This document shows, piece by piece, positions 45,107-54,377 of a stretch of 64,000 nucleotides of DNA. Below the pieces are notes generated by a model. That model ran no database searches. It was not told the DNA's origin and worked only from the letters and a program-made list of their open reading frames with translations. The DNA lies in sequence record MZ574431.2. One strand, written 5' to 3'. How positions within the stretch are numbered: position 1 is the stretch's first letter; each line of letters opens with the position of its first letter. The position numbers and the translations under genes are program-made.

Positions 45107-45130
45107 AGGCCCGCCACACCGGCGGGCTTT
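45107..45130 (+). terminator. terminator
   Basis: GCCCGCC/GGCGGGC + TTT. Confidence 0.75.
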
Positions 45131-45145
45131 CTGCTGGCCCTAGGC

Positions 45146-45174
45146 GTTAACCTTAACCGGGCGTTAGGGTTAAC
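45146..45174. promoter_or_regulatory. 29-bp TTAA four-box palindrome
   Basis: GTTAACCTTAA-CCGGGCG-TTAGGGTTAAC. Confidence 0.75.
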
Positions 45175-45228
45175 GGGGCGTAAACAAACATGGTTAACGC
45201 GGCCCATGGTCAGCCCAGGCGAAAAGGT

Positions 45229-45268
45229 GCAAGAAAGCTGTTGACAGCATTTCGACCCCATGCGACAA
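45229..45268 (+). promoter_or_regulatory. cassette promoter P4
   Basis: TTGACA at 45241; GCAT-N9-ATGC. Confidence 0.85.
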
Positions 45269-45316
45269 GGGGGCTCCAAACAACGCCAACGCCCCAAGCG
45301 GGCAGGGAGACACCCC

Positions 45317-45898
45317 ATGGCCCTGGTCACCGAATCCTTCGCCGTCGACATCGACTGCACCCGCGCCCTGACCCCTGCCGAGCGGCGCGGTCTGGCCGCC
45401 GCCATCGCCCATCTGCTGGCCATCAACATCGATAAGGTCGAGCCCGAGCCGGGCGGCTACCTGACCGCCAATATCGGCCGCGTTCGCCCGGCCGGCATGA
45501 CCGGCGAGGCCGGCCGCGAGGCGCGGATCAGGACCGAGGCCCTGACCAGCCTCGACCATGACGCCCCGGTCGCCCTGACCCTGGAGTGTGGCGGCAGCGT
45601 CGATGTCATCGCCCGCTTCTACACCATGGCCGACGCCGAAACCTACCTCAACGAAAACCCGGAAATCGACCCGGTGTCGCTGAACCTGGGCTGCTACGGC
45701 ATCGACGCCCCCTATGGCGTGGCCAGCGATGCCGACGCTGATAAGCTGCTCTACGACCTGGGCTATCGCCTGCACGCCACGGCCGGCGGCTCCTGGACCT
45801 TCACCGACCCGAAGGGCTATCTCTGGGACGGCGGCGCCAAGCGTGAGGCCGTGGTCATGATCGCCCTGGCGCAAGCCGCCCAAATCGAGGAGGCGTAA
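45317..45898 (+). CDS. hypothetical protein
   Basis: GGGAGACACCCCATG leader. Confidence 0.7.
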   Translation: MALVTESFAVDIDCTRALTPAERRGLAAAIAHLLAINIDKVEPEPGGYLTANIGRVRPAGMTGEAGREARIRTEALTSLDHDAPVALTLECGGSVDVIARFYTMADAETYLNENPEIDPVSLNLGCYGIDAPYGVASDADADKLLYDLGYRLHATAGGSWTFTDPKGYLWDGGAKREAVVMIALAQAAQIEEA

Positions 45899-45903
45899 AC
45901 GCC

Positions 45904-46329
45904 ATGACCCGCTATTCGATCATGGTCGAGGTCCAGACCCTCGCCGACAGCGAAACCCAGGCCCGCAAGGACGTTGAATTCGCCATCATTGAGGGCCGGT
46001 TCCCCGAGCACATGAATTGGATGGTTCGCCAGAGCGCCCCTTGCGCCGGCGAGACCGTCCAGGCCGATGACACCCCCACCCGCTGGGCGACCTTTGTCGG
46101 TCAAGCCTGGGTCCAGGGCCACAGCATGGAGGTGGACGACGCGCGCGTGCGCTACGGGATCACCGACGCCGAATTCAACGCCAATGGCGGCGATGAGCCC
46201 GCCGACTTCGACGCCCTGGCCCAAGCCGCCCGCGCCCCGCAATGGGTCAAGGACTGGTCAGGCCCGTTCGACGTCTATATTTCCGACATCGAGGACGGGG
46301 AAGACCCCGAGGAAGTGCGCCAGCTATGA
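45904..46329 (+). CDS. acidic hypothetical protein
   Basis: GGAGG RBS; WVKDWSGPFDVY. Confidence 0.7.
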   Translation: MTRYSIMVEVQTLADSETQARKDVEFAIIEGRFPEHMNWMVRQSAPCAGETVQADDTPTRWATFVGQAWVQGHSMEVDDARVRYGITDAEFNANGGDEPADFDALAQAARAPQWVKDWSGPFDVYISDIEDGEDPEEVRQL

Positions 46330-46877
46330 AACGCCGCCACAGCCTTTATTTGCTGGTGATCAACACCGGCCCCCTGGTGATCCTCCAGGCGCCGGCCGAT
46401 TTCCTGCGCTGGGACATCCACCGCGCCGCCATCCTGCGCATGATGCGCCGTGACCATGGCGTCAAGGCCAAGGACGTTCACGCCATCGAAGGCCTCGCCG
46501 GCTCGCCCTACGGCGCCGACGATGACCGCGAGGCCCTGGGCAAGCTCAAGGAAACCTTCGCGGGCCTGCGCCACGGCTTCGCCGCCTTCCACCTCTACAC
46601 CTGGGACGGCAAGGACTATCAGCCCTTGCGCGAGCCCCTGACGCGCCCGCAAGGCCTTGTTCGCCTCCTAGGCCCCTATCCGCCGCCGAGCGGCGTCTAT
46701 GGGCCGCACGCGCGCAAGACCGCCTCCCACGTCTATCAGGTCTTCAACGCCGATGGCGTCAAGCTGGTGGGCGGCTCGTTCGGCCCCGATCCTGACGCGG
46801 CCCTGGCCTATGCCCGCGCCCAAGCCGCCGCCAAGGGCTACCCTGACCCGGCGGTCGAGATCGTCACCCCGAATTAA
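46326..46877 (+). CDS. hypothetical protein
   Basis: ATGA overlap start. Confidence 0.65.
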   Translation: MKRRHSLYLLVINTGPLVILQAPADFLRWDIHRAAILRMMRRDHGVKAKDVHAIEGLAGSPYGADDDREALGKLKETFAGLRHGFAAFHLYTWDGKDYQPLREPLTRPQGLVRLLGPYPPPSGVYGPHARKTASHVYQVFNADGVKLVGGSFGPDPDAALAYARAQAAAKGYPDPAVEIVTPN

Positions 46878-46879
46878 AT

Positions 46880-46919
46880 GCAAGAAAACTGTTGACAGCC
46901 TTTCGGGGCCATGCGAGAA
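46880..46919 (+). promoter_or_regulatory. cassette promoter P5 (dyad variant GCCT-N9-ATGC)
   Basis: TTGACA at 46892; no TTAA palindrome upstream. Confidence 0.8.
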
Positions 46920-46962
46920 CAAGGCTCAAGACGAGACAAGAGACAGCCAAGAGGAGGACATC

Positions 46963-46971
46963 ATGAAGTAG
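46963..46971 (+). other. two-codon minigene ATG-AAG-TAG
   Basis: GAGGAGG Shine-Dalgarno at 46951-46957, directly after P5. Confidence 0.55.
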
Positions 46972-46992
46972 CGACAATCTGGAGCACACCTC

Positions 46993-47451
46993 ATGAATGT
47001 ATTCGTCCGCGACGATCTTTTTCAAACCGATCTCGACGAGTGTGGTGACCCGCTTCTGGGTCGCGTCTTCTACGTCGTTGTCGAGGATCAGAACGGCGCC
47101 CGCATCGCCCACGATCGTTGTTTCTACGATCACCGGCGCGTCACCGATGAGGATGGCTTCGCCTTCTGGCAAGCCCTCTCTTACGAAGACGTCGCCGCCG
47201 AGGAAGCCAAGGCGAAAGCCCTGGCCGCCAAGATCGAGAGCCATCTGGCGCGGGGCGGCGCCCTGGACCCCGAGCACTGGCGAGACATCGACCCGTGCTA
47301 TGGCTCCAAGGCCTATGCCGATCTCGACCGGTTCGGCTACTTCCTGGCCAAGGAACGGGCCGCCGACCGCGATCGAGGCGAGAACGTCCCTGACAGCCCT
47401 TGGGACGGCATCGCCGCCATGGTCGATGGCCCCAACTGGTTCGACCGCTGA
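46993..47451 (+). CDS. hypothetical protein
   Basis: GGAG RBS. Confidence 0.7.
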   Translation: MNVFVRDDLFQTDLDECGDPLLGRVFYVVVEDQNGARIAHDRCFYDHRRVTDEDGFAFWQALSYEDVAAEEAKAKALAAKIESHLARGGALDPEHWRDIDPCYGSKAYADLDRFGYFLAKERAADRDRGENVPDSPWDGIAAMVDGPNWFDR

Positions 47452-47456
47452 TCTTA

Positions 47457-47483
47457 AGGCCTCGCCACCCGGCGGGGCCTTTT
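47457..47483 (+). terminator. terminator
   Basis: AGGCCTCGCC/GGCGGGGCCT + TTT. Confidence 0.75.
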
Positions 47484-47498
47484 GACCACCGCCTGGGC

Positions 47499-47527
47499 GT
47501 TAACCTTAACCGCCCGTTAGGGTTAAC
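47499..47527. promoter_or_regulatory. 29-bp TTAA four-box palindrome
   Basis: GTTAACCTTAA-CCGCCCG-TTAGGGTTAAC. Confidence 0.75.
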
Positions 47528-47556
47528 CCCGTCGCGCCCGGCGTTAACCCTGTGGC

Positions 47557-47596
47557 GCAAGAAAGCTGTTGACAGCATATCAGCCCCATGCGACAA
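47557..47596 (+). promoter_or_regulatory. cassette promoter P6
   Basis: TTGACA at 47569; GCAT-N9-ATGC. Confidence 0.85.
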
Positions 47597-47624
47597 GAGC
47601 CCATCACAACGAAGGAGGTCGCCC

Positions 47625-48302
47625 ATGGGCGCCGGCATTTCAAAGACCGCACTGAACGCCCGCGTTCGGCGCCGCCTGCAAAACTTCGCCCACGCCAACG
47701 GTGGGACCTACGCCAAATATCAGGCCCAAGGCGTCAAGGACGGCCTGCCCTGGACCAAGGGCGTCAACGTACTTCGCGCCTCCAATGGCGAGACCTTTGG
47801 CCTTGACTGCATCGTCATCGGTCAGGGCGAGGCCGCCCGCCCCTACGGCTTTTCCGACCTCGATAGCGCGATCCTGGCCTATCGCCTGGACGAGGCCGAA
47901 ACCGGCGCGGCGATCTTCGCGGGCCAGCGCGGCGATTACAAGCGCTTGATCGGCCGGCGTAGCCCGTTCATCCAGACCTGGGGCTTTGACTATTGCCTCG
48001 CCCTGGAGTTGGACGACGGCGGGTTTACGCTCTTTCGCCCGAACGGGACCATGCTTCCCTTCCGGGGCGAGGCCGCCGACAGTTGGGCGCGTGAGCTTTG
48101 GGTTCTGTTGCCCAAGGTCTACCGCCGCCACGACGAGCGCAAGCCGCTCTATCGCAGCGAGGCGATCGCCCAAGCCCAGGCCCTGGACCTGTGGGCCAGC
48201 CAGTTCGCCGACGAGGATTGGACCACCGCCGGGGATGACTGGCGCGGCAAGCCCGACCACTACAAAGGCCCCCGCAACCTGCCCCACGGCGACCCGCTCT
48301 AG
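47625..48302 (+). CDS. hypothetical protein
   Basis: AAGGAGG RBS; start reassigned. Confidence 0.7.
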   Translation: MGAGISKTALNARVRRRLQNFAHANGGTYAKYQAQGVKDGLPWTKGVNVLRASNGETFGLDCIVIGQGEAARPYGFSDLDSAILAYRLDEAETGAAIFAGQRGDYKRLIGRRSPFIQTWGFDYCLALELDDGGFTLFRPNGTMLPFRGEAADSWARELWVLLPKVYRRHDERKPLYRSEAIAQAQALDLWASQFADEDWTTAGDDWRGKPDHYKGPRNLPHGDPL

Positions 48303-48351
48303 CCAGAGGATCACCCAGGCCCCGCGCCTGGGTTCGATCCTTGCCGCGTCC

Positions 48352-48380
48352 GTTAACCCTAACACGGCGTTAAGGTTGAC
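48352..48380. promoter_or_regulatory. 29-bp TTAA four-box palindrome (degenerate)
   Basis: GTTAACCCTAA-CACGGCG-TTAAGGTTGAC. Confidence 0.7.
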
Positions 48381-48390
48381 AAAAATAAAT

Positions 48391-48430
48391 GCAAGAAAGC
48401 TGTTGACAGCATCGAAGCCACATGCGACAA
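48391..48430 (+). promoter_or_regulatory. cassette promoter P7
   Basis: TTGACA at 48403; GCAT-N9-ATGC. Confidence 0.85.
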
Positions 48431-48456
48431 GAGGTCATCGAAACGGGAGACACCCC

Positions 48457-48957
48457 ATGAACGACCAATATCCGCCCCTGACCGATGGCCAGCAAGCGGC
48501 CCTGGTCGCCTTCGCCGACCAGCATGGCGGCCTGGGCGAGGCCTGGAAGGAAGCCCTCGGCGACGCCTGGAGGACGTGCAGCGAGCCCGAGGCCCTCAAG
48601 GCCGACCTGCGAACCATCCGCAACACCTATGGCCCCTCCTGGCTCTATGATGAATATGCCTGGGGCTGGCGCCCGACCCTGCCGGAGTGGGAGCGCGCCG
48701 GGCGCTGGACCGACACCCCGCCGCAGCCGACGCCGGGCAAGGCCCGCTGGAGCGCGTCGTTCGACCCGCCGGCCATCGGCGAGCGCGTCCGGGTGACCAC
48801 CAACGGCCTGGGCTGGGCGAGGGTCACCGGCTACTTCGTCGAAGGCGACTGGCTGGGCGTGATCGTCAAGCTTGAAGCCCCGGCCGACTGGTATGTCAAG
48901 CAGAACGGCGGCAACGTCCCCGGCCACAGCTTCGGAACCGAAATCGCCCTGGATTAA
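48457..48957 (+). CDS. two-domain hypothetical protein
   Basis: leader identical to P3 cassette; L..IRN..GPSWL N-domain, SH3-like C-domain. Confidence 0.7.
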   Translation: MNDQYPPLTDGQQAALVAFADQHGGLGEAWKEALGDAWRTCSEPEALKADLRTIRNTYGPSWLYDEYAWGWRPTLPEWERAGRWTDTPPQPTPGKARWSASFDPPAIGERVRVTTNGLGWARVTGYFVEGDWLGVIVKLEAPADWYVKQNGGNVPGHSFGTEIALD

Positions 48958-49101
48958 CCATCTGGGACTAGCCTGGGCGGCCCTGGCTGGGAAACCAGCC
49001 GGGGCGCAAGGCCGCCGGCCGGCGTTAAGGTTAACCTCTCTCGCCCGGCAGTTAAGGTTAAACCCGCCGCCCAGGCCGTTAACCAAGGCGCCCAAGAAAG
49101 T

Positions 49102-49142
49102 GCAAGAAAGCTGTTGACAAGCATCTAGGCCACATGCGACAA
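49102..49142 (+). promoter_or_regulatory. cassette promoter P8, preceded by TTAAGGTTAA at 49025 and 49052
   Basis: TTGACA at 49114; GCAT-N9-ATGC. Confidence 0.85.
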
Positions 49143-49169
49143 GAGGGCATCACAACGGGAGACACCCCC

Positions 49170-50023
49170 ATGACCACCGCCCCGCGCCTGTTCGCCGATC
49201 TCGACGACCTCGCCAAGACCACCTATGTCGTCCGCATCGTCGACAACGGCGGCGAGAGCGCCGACCGTTACACGATCGTCACCGCCGACGGCGACTATTA
49301 CGCCTACAGCGCCAACCCCGGCCATCCCCAAGGCGTGGGCCTGTCGGGCGAAGGCATCGACCCCAAGTGCTGGCCACCTGGGTTGAGCGCGGCGAGGCCG
49401 TGGACCTCACCCTAGGCGAGCTTCCCGAGGCCGCCGCAAGGTGCCTGCTGGGCTCGCTGAACCAGTCTTTCGAGGACTTCCTGAAAGCCGTCGAGGACGG
49501 CGCCCGCGACGCCGTGGCCCCGACTCGCGAAAAGGCCTCGATCCATGACGGCTCTTACGACTCGTTCGGCAAGGGCCTCTATCGGGTCGGTGAGGCCCTG
49601 GCCATCCGCCGCGACGGCGACGACGCGGGCGACGATCTAGGCCCCTACATGACCGCCGTCGAGGCGGTCAAGAACACCCTCCCCGATGAATACGCCTTCG
49701 CCGGCGAGGAATATCTGTCGCCCCGCGACATGACCTTGACCGAGCCGGTCGCCAAGCCGCTGGCCCTGGTCCACGCCCTGGAGGCCATTCGTGACTATGA
49801 ATATCAGCGCGACAACCCCGGCTCGTTCTTCGACGGCCTCAACGAGGACGACACTGACGCGGGCCTGGGGACCGATCGCCGTATCGCCTACCTCAACGCC
49901 GTGACCAGTGATGCGCGCATCGTGTCGCGGATCGGCGAGGCCGACGCCCTGGCCCTGGCCCATGAGTGCCTCGCCGAACTGTGGACCCTCGCCCAAGAGC
50001 GTTGGGAAGAGGCCAAGGCCTAA
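49170..50023 (+). CDS. hypothetical protein with apparent -1 frameshift at ~49364
   Basis: DNGG.S.DRYT...NP.HPQGVG N-domain; adding one C to GACCCCAAG joins the two ORFs. Confidence 0.6.
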
Positions 50024-50034
50024 GACTCCTGCAT

Positions 50035-50065
50035 CGCCCCGGCCTCATCGCCGGGGCGTCTTTTT
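50035..50065 (+). terminator. terminator
   Basis: CGCCCCGG/CCGGGGCG + T5. Confidence 0.8.
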
Positions 50066-50079
50066 GACCACCGCCTGGG

Positions 50080-50108
50080 GTTAACCCTAACGCGACGTTA
50101 AGGTTAAC
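50080..50108. promoter_or_regulatory. 29-bp TTAA four-box palindrome
   Basis: GTTAACCCTAA-CGCGACG-TTAAGGTTAAC. Confidence 0.75.
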
Positions 50109-50140
50109 CCCGGCGGCCCAGGCCTTAACCATCTTTTCCC

Positions 50141-50180
50141 GCAAGAAAGCTGTTGACGGCATGGCATGGACATGCGATGT
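50141..50180 (+). promoter_or_regulatory. cassette promoter P9
   Basis: TTGACG at 50153; GCAT-N9-ATGC. Confidence 0.8.
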
Positions 50181-50211
50181 CACAGAAACACCGAACGGGA
50201 GACACCCCCTC

Positions 50212-51177
50212 ATGACCACCTATCGGACGACCACCCGCCCCGACCGCCTGACGCAGATGGCGTTTTTCTCGTTCGACGCCCTGCGCTCGGACTCGCCCTT
50301 CGCCGTCAAGCCCGCCTGTGGCAAGGCGCCGCGCGAGCGCGCCCTGGAGGACTTCGACCCGGCCGTGATGTTCACCATCAAGCCGCGCGATCGCGGCGAC
50401 GGCTACACCGCCCATGCCAATTTCGGCGGCTCTGAGGTGTCGTGGATCAGCATCGCCGGCTATGGCCTCACCGAGGAGGCCGCCCGCGCTGATCTCCTCG
50501 CCCGGTTCATCGCCGATCGCAACGGCGAGGGCAAATATGGCCCTCATGAGCCGCTGCATGGCTATGCCTGGACCAGCCAACTGGCGCCGTACTGGGATTT
50601 GCTGGAGCGTGAGGCGGCCATTCGCCAGCCCTTCGCCCGCACTCTCTATCTGGGCAAGCTCAAGTCGGGCCGCCCCAATCCCAAGGGCTTTGACGTGTTC
50701 GTCGATGTCACATGGACCGGCGAGCGCCTGACGCTGTCGGGCGTCATTGGCCCCAAGGCTAACGGCAATTCCTGGGGCGGCTGTGGCCAGATCATCGACA
50801 GTCTGGAGCGCAAGGCCTTCCTCGAATTCGCCCCGTCCTGGCATTATGACAGCGCCCTGACGGGCCTTGTGCAGGCCTGGACGCGCTGGCATTTGAACGA
50901 CCTTCGCGCCGGCTCGCCGGCTCAGGAAAAGCACCTGCGCCACTATCAGGCCAAGCTCAACATTGAGCAGGCCATGACCGCCGGCGCCCATCATCTGGAC
51001 GCCACCCGCGCCGAACTGGCGCGCGTGGGCCTGGAGCCTGACCCCTACCACCGCCACGGCGTCGGCTCCAAGGCCTACAGCTACGGCAGCGGCTGGCTGA
51101 AAGAGGAGGTTCCAACCCACGTTCTGGACTTCCTGCGCAACCTACCCGCCCCCATCAAACAAAGCCCCTGGAGGTAA
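50212..51177 (+). CDS. hypothetical protein
   Basis: GGGAGACACCCC leader; W.RWHLNDLRAG; YGSGWL.EEVP. Confidence 0.75.
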   Translation: MTTYRTTTRPDRLTQMAFFSFDALRSDSPFAVKPACGKAPRERALEDFDPAVMFTIKPRDRGDGYTAHANFGGSEVSWISIAGYGLTEEAARADLLARFIADRNGEGKYGPHEPLHGYAWTSQLAPYWDLLEREAAIRQPFARTLYLGKLKSGRPNPKGFDVFVDVTWTGERLTLSGVIGPKANGNSWGGCGQIIDSLERKAFLEFAPSWHYDSALTGLVQAWTRWHLNDLRAGSPAQEKHLRHYQAKLNIEQAMTAGAHHLDATRAELARVGLEPDPYHRHGVGSKAYSYGSGWLKEEVPTHVLDFLRNLPAPIKQSPWR

Positions 51178-51181
51178 TCGC

Positions 51182-51570
51182 ATGGCCCTAAACACCGCCG
51201 GCCTCGTCGCCCGTCTGCGCGAGGTTCTCGCCGCCGCCCGTCCCTGACCGAATGGGCCAAGGGGCGCGGTCTACAGCATCAAAACGTGTCCGCCGTGGCG
51301 CGTGGCGACACCGTGCCGCAAACCTCGATCGCCACGGCCCTGGGCTTGCGCCGGGTGACCATCCAAGCCTATCTGGCGCCCAGTGAAGCCCTGCCCCTGC
51401 TTCCGCCGGGCTGGGAAGAGGTGCAGCCCGGATCGGCGACCCCGGTCGGCTGGACCCCTCGCGACAAGGCCGCCCAACCCATCCCGCAAAGCGGTTCGGC
51501 CGATCGCGCCGCCCGCGCCATCCGCCTGGAGCGGCTGCGAAACGAAAAAGAAATGCGAGAAAGCCGTTGA
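51182..51570 (+). CDS. XRE/Cro-like HTH protein with apparent -1 frameshift at ~51238
   Basis: GGAGG RBS and ATG at 51182; -1 frame gives PSLTEWAKGRGLQHQNVSAVARGDTVPQTSIATALGL. Confidence 0.6.
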
Positions 51571-51594
51571 CAGCATAACAAGGCCATGCGACAA
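51555..51594 (+). promoter_or_regulatory. cassette promoter P10
   Basis: TTGACA at 51567; GCAT-N9-ATGC. Confidence 0.8.
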
Positions 51595-51620
51595 AGCCTC
51601 ATCAACTGAGGAGCGCCGCC

Positions 51621-51839
51621 ATGGCCTATGCTCAAGCCTTCGTCGTCAACGCCTACATCAACGCTCATGTCGAGGAAATCGCCTATAGCGCCATGATGGA
51701 AGACCGCGCCGCCGAGGAACTCGACGGCCTGGACTTTGGCGACCGCTGTTACTACGGCGACCGCGCTTATACGGAACAAAGGATGCTGGAGCGCTACGCC
51801 CTGGCCGCCGCTGATCTTCACCCCATCCTCTACGCCTGA
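51621..51839 (+). CDS. small acidic hypothetical protein
   Basis: GAGGAG RBS. Confidence 0.7.
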   Translation: MAYAQAFVVNAYINAHVEEIAYSAMMEDRAAEELDGLDFGDRCYYGDRAYTEQRMLERYALAAADLHPILYA

Positions 51840-51853
51840 AAGGAGGGCGTTCC

Positions 51854-52246
51854 ATGGCTAAGAAAAAGCTTCCGACGCCAAACCCGTATCGCCGCTACAG
51901 CGTCGAGGGCCTGGACGCGGCGACGAAGGCCGCCCGCCGTCCTTCGCGCGCCTGCATCCGCCATCACGTGGAAGAGGCCGCCAAGCGCCGCGCCGACGCC
52001 CTGGCCGCCCTGGCCAGCAAGACCCGCGTTTCGCGCGCCTCGACGATGAGCCTCCAGATGTGGCAAGAGGCCGCCACCGTCTCGCTCCACATCCTGGCGC
52101 GCAAGGCCCTGGAATACCATCGCATGAGAGCGTTCGCCGTCTCCAGCGGCGGCGGCTCCTACGCCCCGAGCGGCTGGCCTCTCGACCGCCACGCCCGCGA
52201 CCAATGGGCCGCCCTCAACCCTCAAGCTTTCAGCGAGGCCGCATGA
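51854..52246 (+). CDS. basic hypothetical protein
   Basis: AAGGAGG RBS. Confidence 0.65.
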   Translation: MAKKKLPTPNPYRRYSVEGLDAATKAARRPSRACIRHHVEEAAKRRADALAALASKTRVSRASTMSLQMWQEAATVSLHILARKALEYHRMRAFAVSSGGGSYAPSGWPLDRHARDQWAALNPQAFSEAA

Positions 52247-52455
52247 CCCTGACCTATCGCACCGACTACACGCCCGACGACGGCAAGACCATCGAGGTCA
52301 GCGACCCGATGACGCGTGAGCAGGCCATGCGGCAAGCCGCCTACCTGTCGCGCACCTACGGGACCGCCTACGCCATCGCCAGCGACGGCAAACGCGACAC
52401 CGGCCAAAGGGTCTATCAAGACGGCCGGTTCGCCTACCAAGACGACAAGTTCTAA
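52243..52455 (+). CDS. hypothetical protein
   Basis: ATGA overlap. Confidence 0.65.
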   Translation: MTLTYRTDYTPDDGKTIEVSDPMTREQAMRQAAYLSRTYGTAYAIASDGKRDTGQRVYQDGRFAYQDDKF

Positions 52456-52458
52456 GGA

Positions 52459-52484
52459 AGGGCCTGGAGCGATCCGGGCCTTTT
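52459..52484 (+). terminator. terminator (identical to 55200)
   Basis: AGGGCCTGGAGCGATCCGGGCCTTTT. Confidence 0.8.
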
Positions 52485-52498
52485 CATCGCCGGCCGGC

Positions 52499-52527
52499 GT
52501 TAACCCTAACGCGGCGTTAAGGTTAAC
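52499..52527. promoter_or_regulatory. 29-bp TTAA four-box palindrome
   Basis: GTTAACCCTAA-CGCGGCG-TTAAGGTTAAC. Confidence 0.75.
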
Positions 52528-52558
52528 CCTGGGACGCGGGGCGTAAACCAAGGAAAAT

Positions 52559-52599
52559 GCAAGAAAGCTGTTGACACGCATCGAAGGACCATGCGACAA
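52559..52599 (+). promoter_or_regulatory. cassette promoter P11
   Basis: TTGACA at 52571; GCAT-N9-ATGC. Confidence 0.85.
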
Positions 52600-52625
52600 A
52601 GGCTCACCAACAACGGAGAGCCCCG

Positions 52626-53183
52626 ATGCTCGACCACCCGCTGATCGTCACCGCCCTGGCCAATCTTCGCGAAGGCCCCGGCATGACCAATTCCGCCGAT
52701 CGTCAGACCAAGGTCACGAGTCATCAACTGACCACGGCGATCATGCTCAAGGCCGCCGACCAGATCGCCCAAGCCCTGGGCGACCTCACCCCGCCGCCCT
52801 GCCTGGGCTATTTCCTCGCCAACGAGTTTGATCGCCTGGGAGACACCTGGGGCGACTTCATGACCGCCTTCGACGAAGGTCAGGCCCTTGCGGATGCTGA
52901 CGAGGTGCTGGCGTGGTATCGCCGCACCGTCCGCGACGATCCCGAGGGCTACGCCGAGCGCATGGACGGCGCCTTGCCCAACGCCGCCACCCGAGCCCAG
53001 ATCGAATCCGACTACGCCGCCGCCAAGGCCGGCGGCCGGTTCATCGTGGTTCACGGCAAGACCGGCTCGCAGTACGGCGACCGCCTGTCGCAACGCTTCG
53101 CCACCTACGAGGCGGCCGAAGAAGCCTGCGCCCCCTACCGCAAGCCCGGAACCTGGGCTTATGTCGATGAGGCCGCCTCGTGA
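52626..53183 (+). CDS. hypothetical protein
   Basis: GGAG RBS. Confidence 0.7.
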   Translation: MLDHPLIVTALANLREGPGMTNSADRQTKVTSHQLTTAIMLKAADQIAQALGDLTPPPCLGYFLANEFDRLGDTWGDFMTAFDEGQALADADEVLAWYRRTVRDDPEGYAERMDGALPNAATRAQIESDYAAAKAGGRFIVVHGKTGSQYGDRLSQRFATYEAAEEACAPYRKPGTWAYVDEAAS

Positions 53184-53581
53184 CCAAGTTCGAGCGCCTG
53201 GACGGCTTCACGCAAGCCTTCATTTCGTCGATGGTGACGGGCAAGCCCTACGGCTTCGCCGACCTGTCGCCCGACGCCCTGGCCCGCATCATCGCCGATT
53301 GCGAGGCCTTCCAATGCGGGCGCCTGGACAAGCCCGCCCGCATGGTCTTTGGCCGCACGCCGCCGGCCACCACCGCCGTCATGGCCGTGGTCCGGGGCTC
53401 CCTGTGCTGGCACGCCGGCCGGCACTTCTGGTTGTCGCGCCAAGGCCTGCCCGACGGCTTCGACCAGAGCGAGGCCTTCGCCGGGACCTGGGCGCCGCTG
53501 CTGCACAAGCTGGCCCTGACCTTCCCGCCCCTCACCGTTCACCAAGACGCCCAAGGCGTCGTCACCGTCTCGGAGGCCTGA
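53180..53581 (+). CDS. hypothetical protein (divergent paralog of 61161)
   Basis: FTQAFI...I.DC..FQ...AG.HFWLSR.G. Confidence 0.65.
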   Translation: MTKFERLDGFTQAFISSMVTGKPYGFADLSPDALARIIADCEAFQCGRLDKPARMVFGRTPPATTAVMAVVRGSLCWHAGRHFWLSRQGLPDGFDQSEAFAGTWAPLLHKLALTFPPLTVHQDAQGVVTVSEA

Positions 53582-53583
53582 CC

Positions 53584-54219
53584 GTGGACCGCATCGAATC
53601 CGCCACCCGCGCCGTGGACACCTTCGTAGGCGCCACGTGCGCCCCCGCCTCCATGTTCGGGCATCTGCGAGACGACGACGCCCGCGACGGCGCGCTCTGC
53701 GAACTGCTGCGCAATCTGCGCCACTTCGCCGACACCTACGGCCTGGACTTCGCCGCCCTGGACGCCCGCGCCGGCCGGCTCTACGAGGGCGACACCGCCC
53801 AACTCGGGACCCTCGTTCTCGACGAGTCGGCCTGGAGCGCCTACGGCGACACCCTGGACACGCGCCGCGCGGCGATCGCCGCCGCCCTGCTGGCCAAGGA
53901 CCACGCCGAACCGTCCGCCAGCCGCGAGGAGGCCGAAACCGAGGCCATGACCGATCACGCCGCCGTCGTCGGAACCGTGATCCGGGTAAACGACATCACC
54001 GGCTATTACGGCGAGACCGGGCAAGAGGACTTGCGCCCCCATGACGGCGCCCCGCCCTTCGCCGTCGTCGTCATGCCCTCGCCGCGCGATGATGTCATCT
54101 ACTGGAATGACGAGCATCTGGACGCGCGATGGAACGTCGAGCCCGCGCCGGGCGAAACCCGCCTCTATGGCCTGCGCTCGCTCTGGGTCTTTGGCCGCTC
54201 TTTCGTCGTGGAGGGCTGA
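53584..54219 (+). CDS. hypothetical protein
   Basis: GGAGG RBS, GTG start. Confidence 0.65.
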   Translation: MDRIESATRAVDTFVGATCAPASMFGHLRDDDARDGALCELLRNLRHFADTYGLDFAALDARAGRLYEGDTAQLGTLVLDESAWSAYGDTLDTRRAAIAAALLAKDHAEPSASREEAETEAMTDHAAVVGTVIRVNDITGYYGETGQEDLRPHDGAPPFAVVVMPSPRDDVIYWNDEHLDARWNVEPAPGETRLYGLRSLWVFGRSFVVEG

Positions 54220-54221
54220 TC

Positions 54222-54365
54222 ATGACCAGCCTGCAACGCGCCGGCTACGAGGCCCAGCGCGCTGGCGTCAAGTGGTGGCACAACCCGCACCCGTCGGGCT
54301 CCCCCGCCGCCTATCAATGGGACGAGGGCCACACCTTCGCCCGCCGTTCGATCACCCCCGTCTAG
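54222..54365 (+). CDS. 47-aa hypothetical protein (Rmf/CrpP-like pattern)
   Basis: G..A...G.....NPH.......QW..G. Confidence 0.55.
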   Translation: MTSLQRAGYEAQRAGVKWWHNPHPSGSPAAYQWDEGHTFARRSITPV

Positions 54366-54377
54366 GAAAGGCCACCC

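Noticed and set aside
48313-48345. tRNA-like GGTTCGATCC
   Set aside because: No acceptor, D or anticodon arms could be built. It is the 3' side of a simple hairpin after a stop codon.
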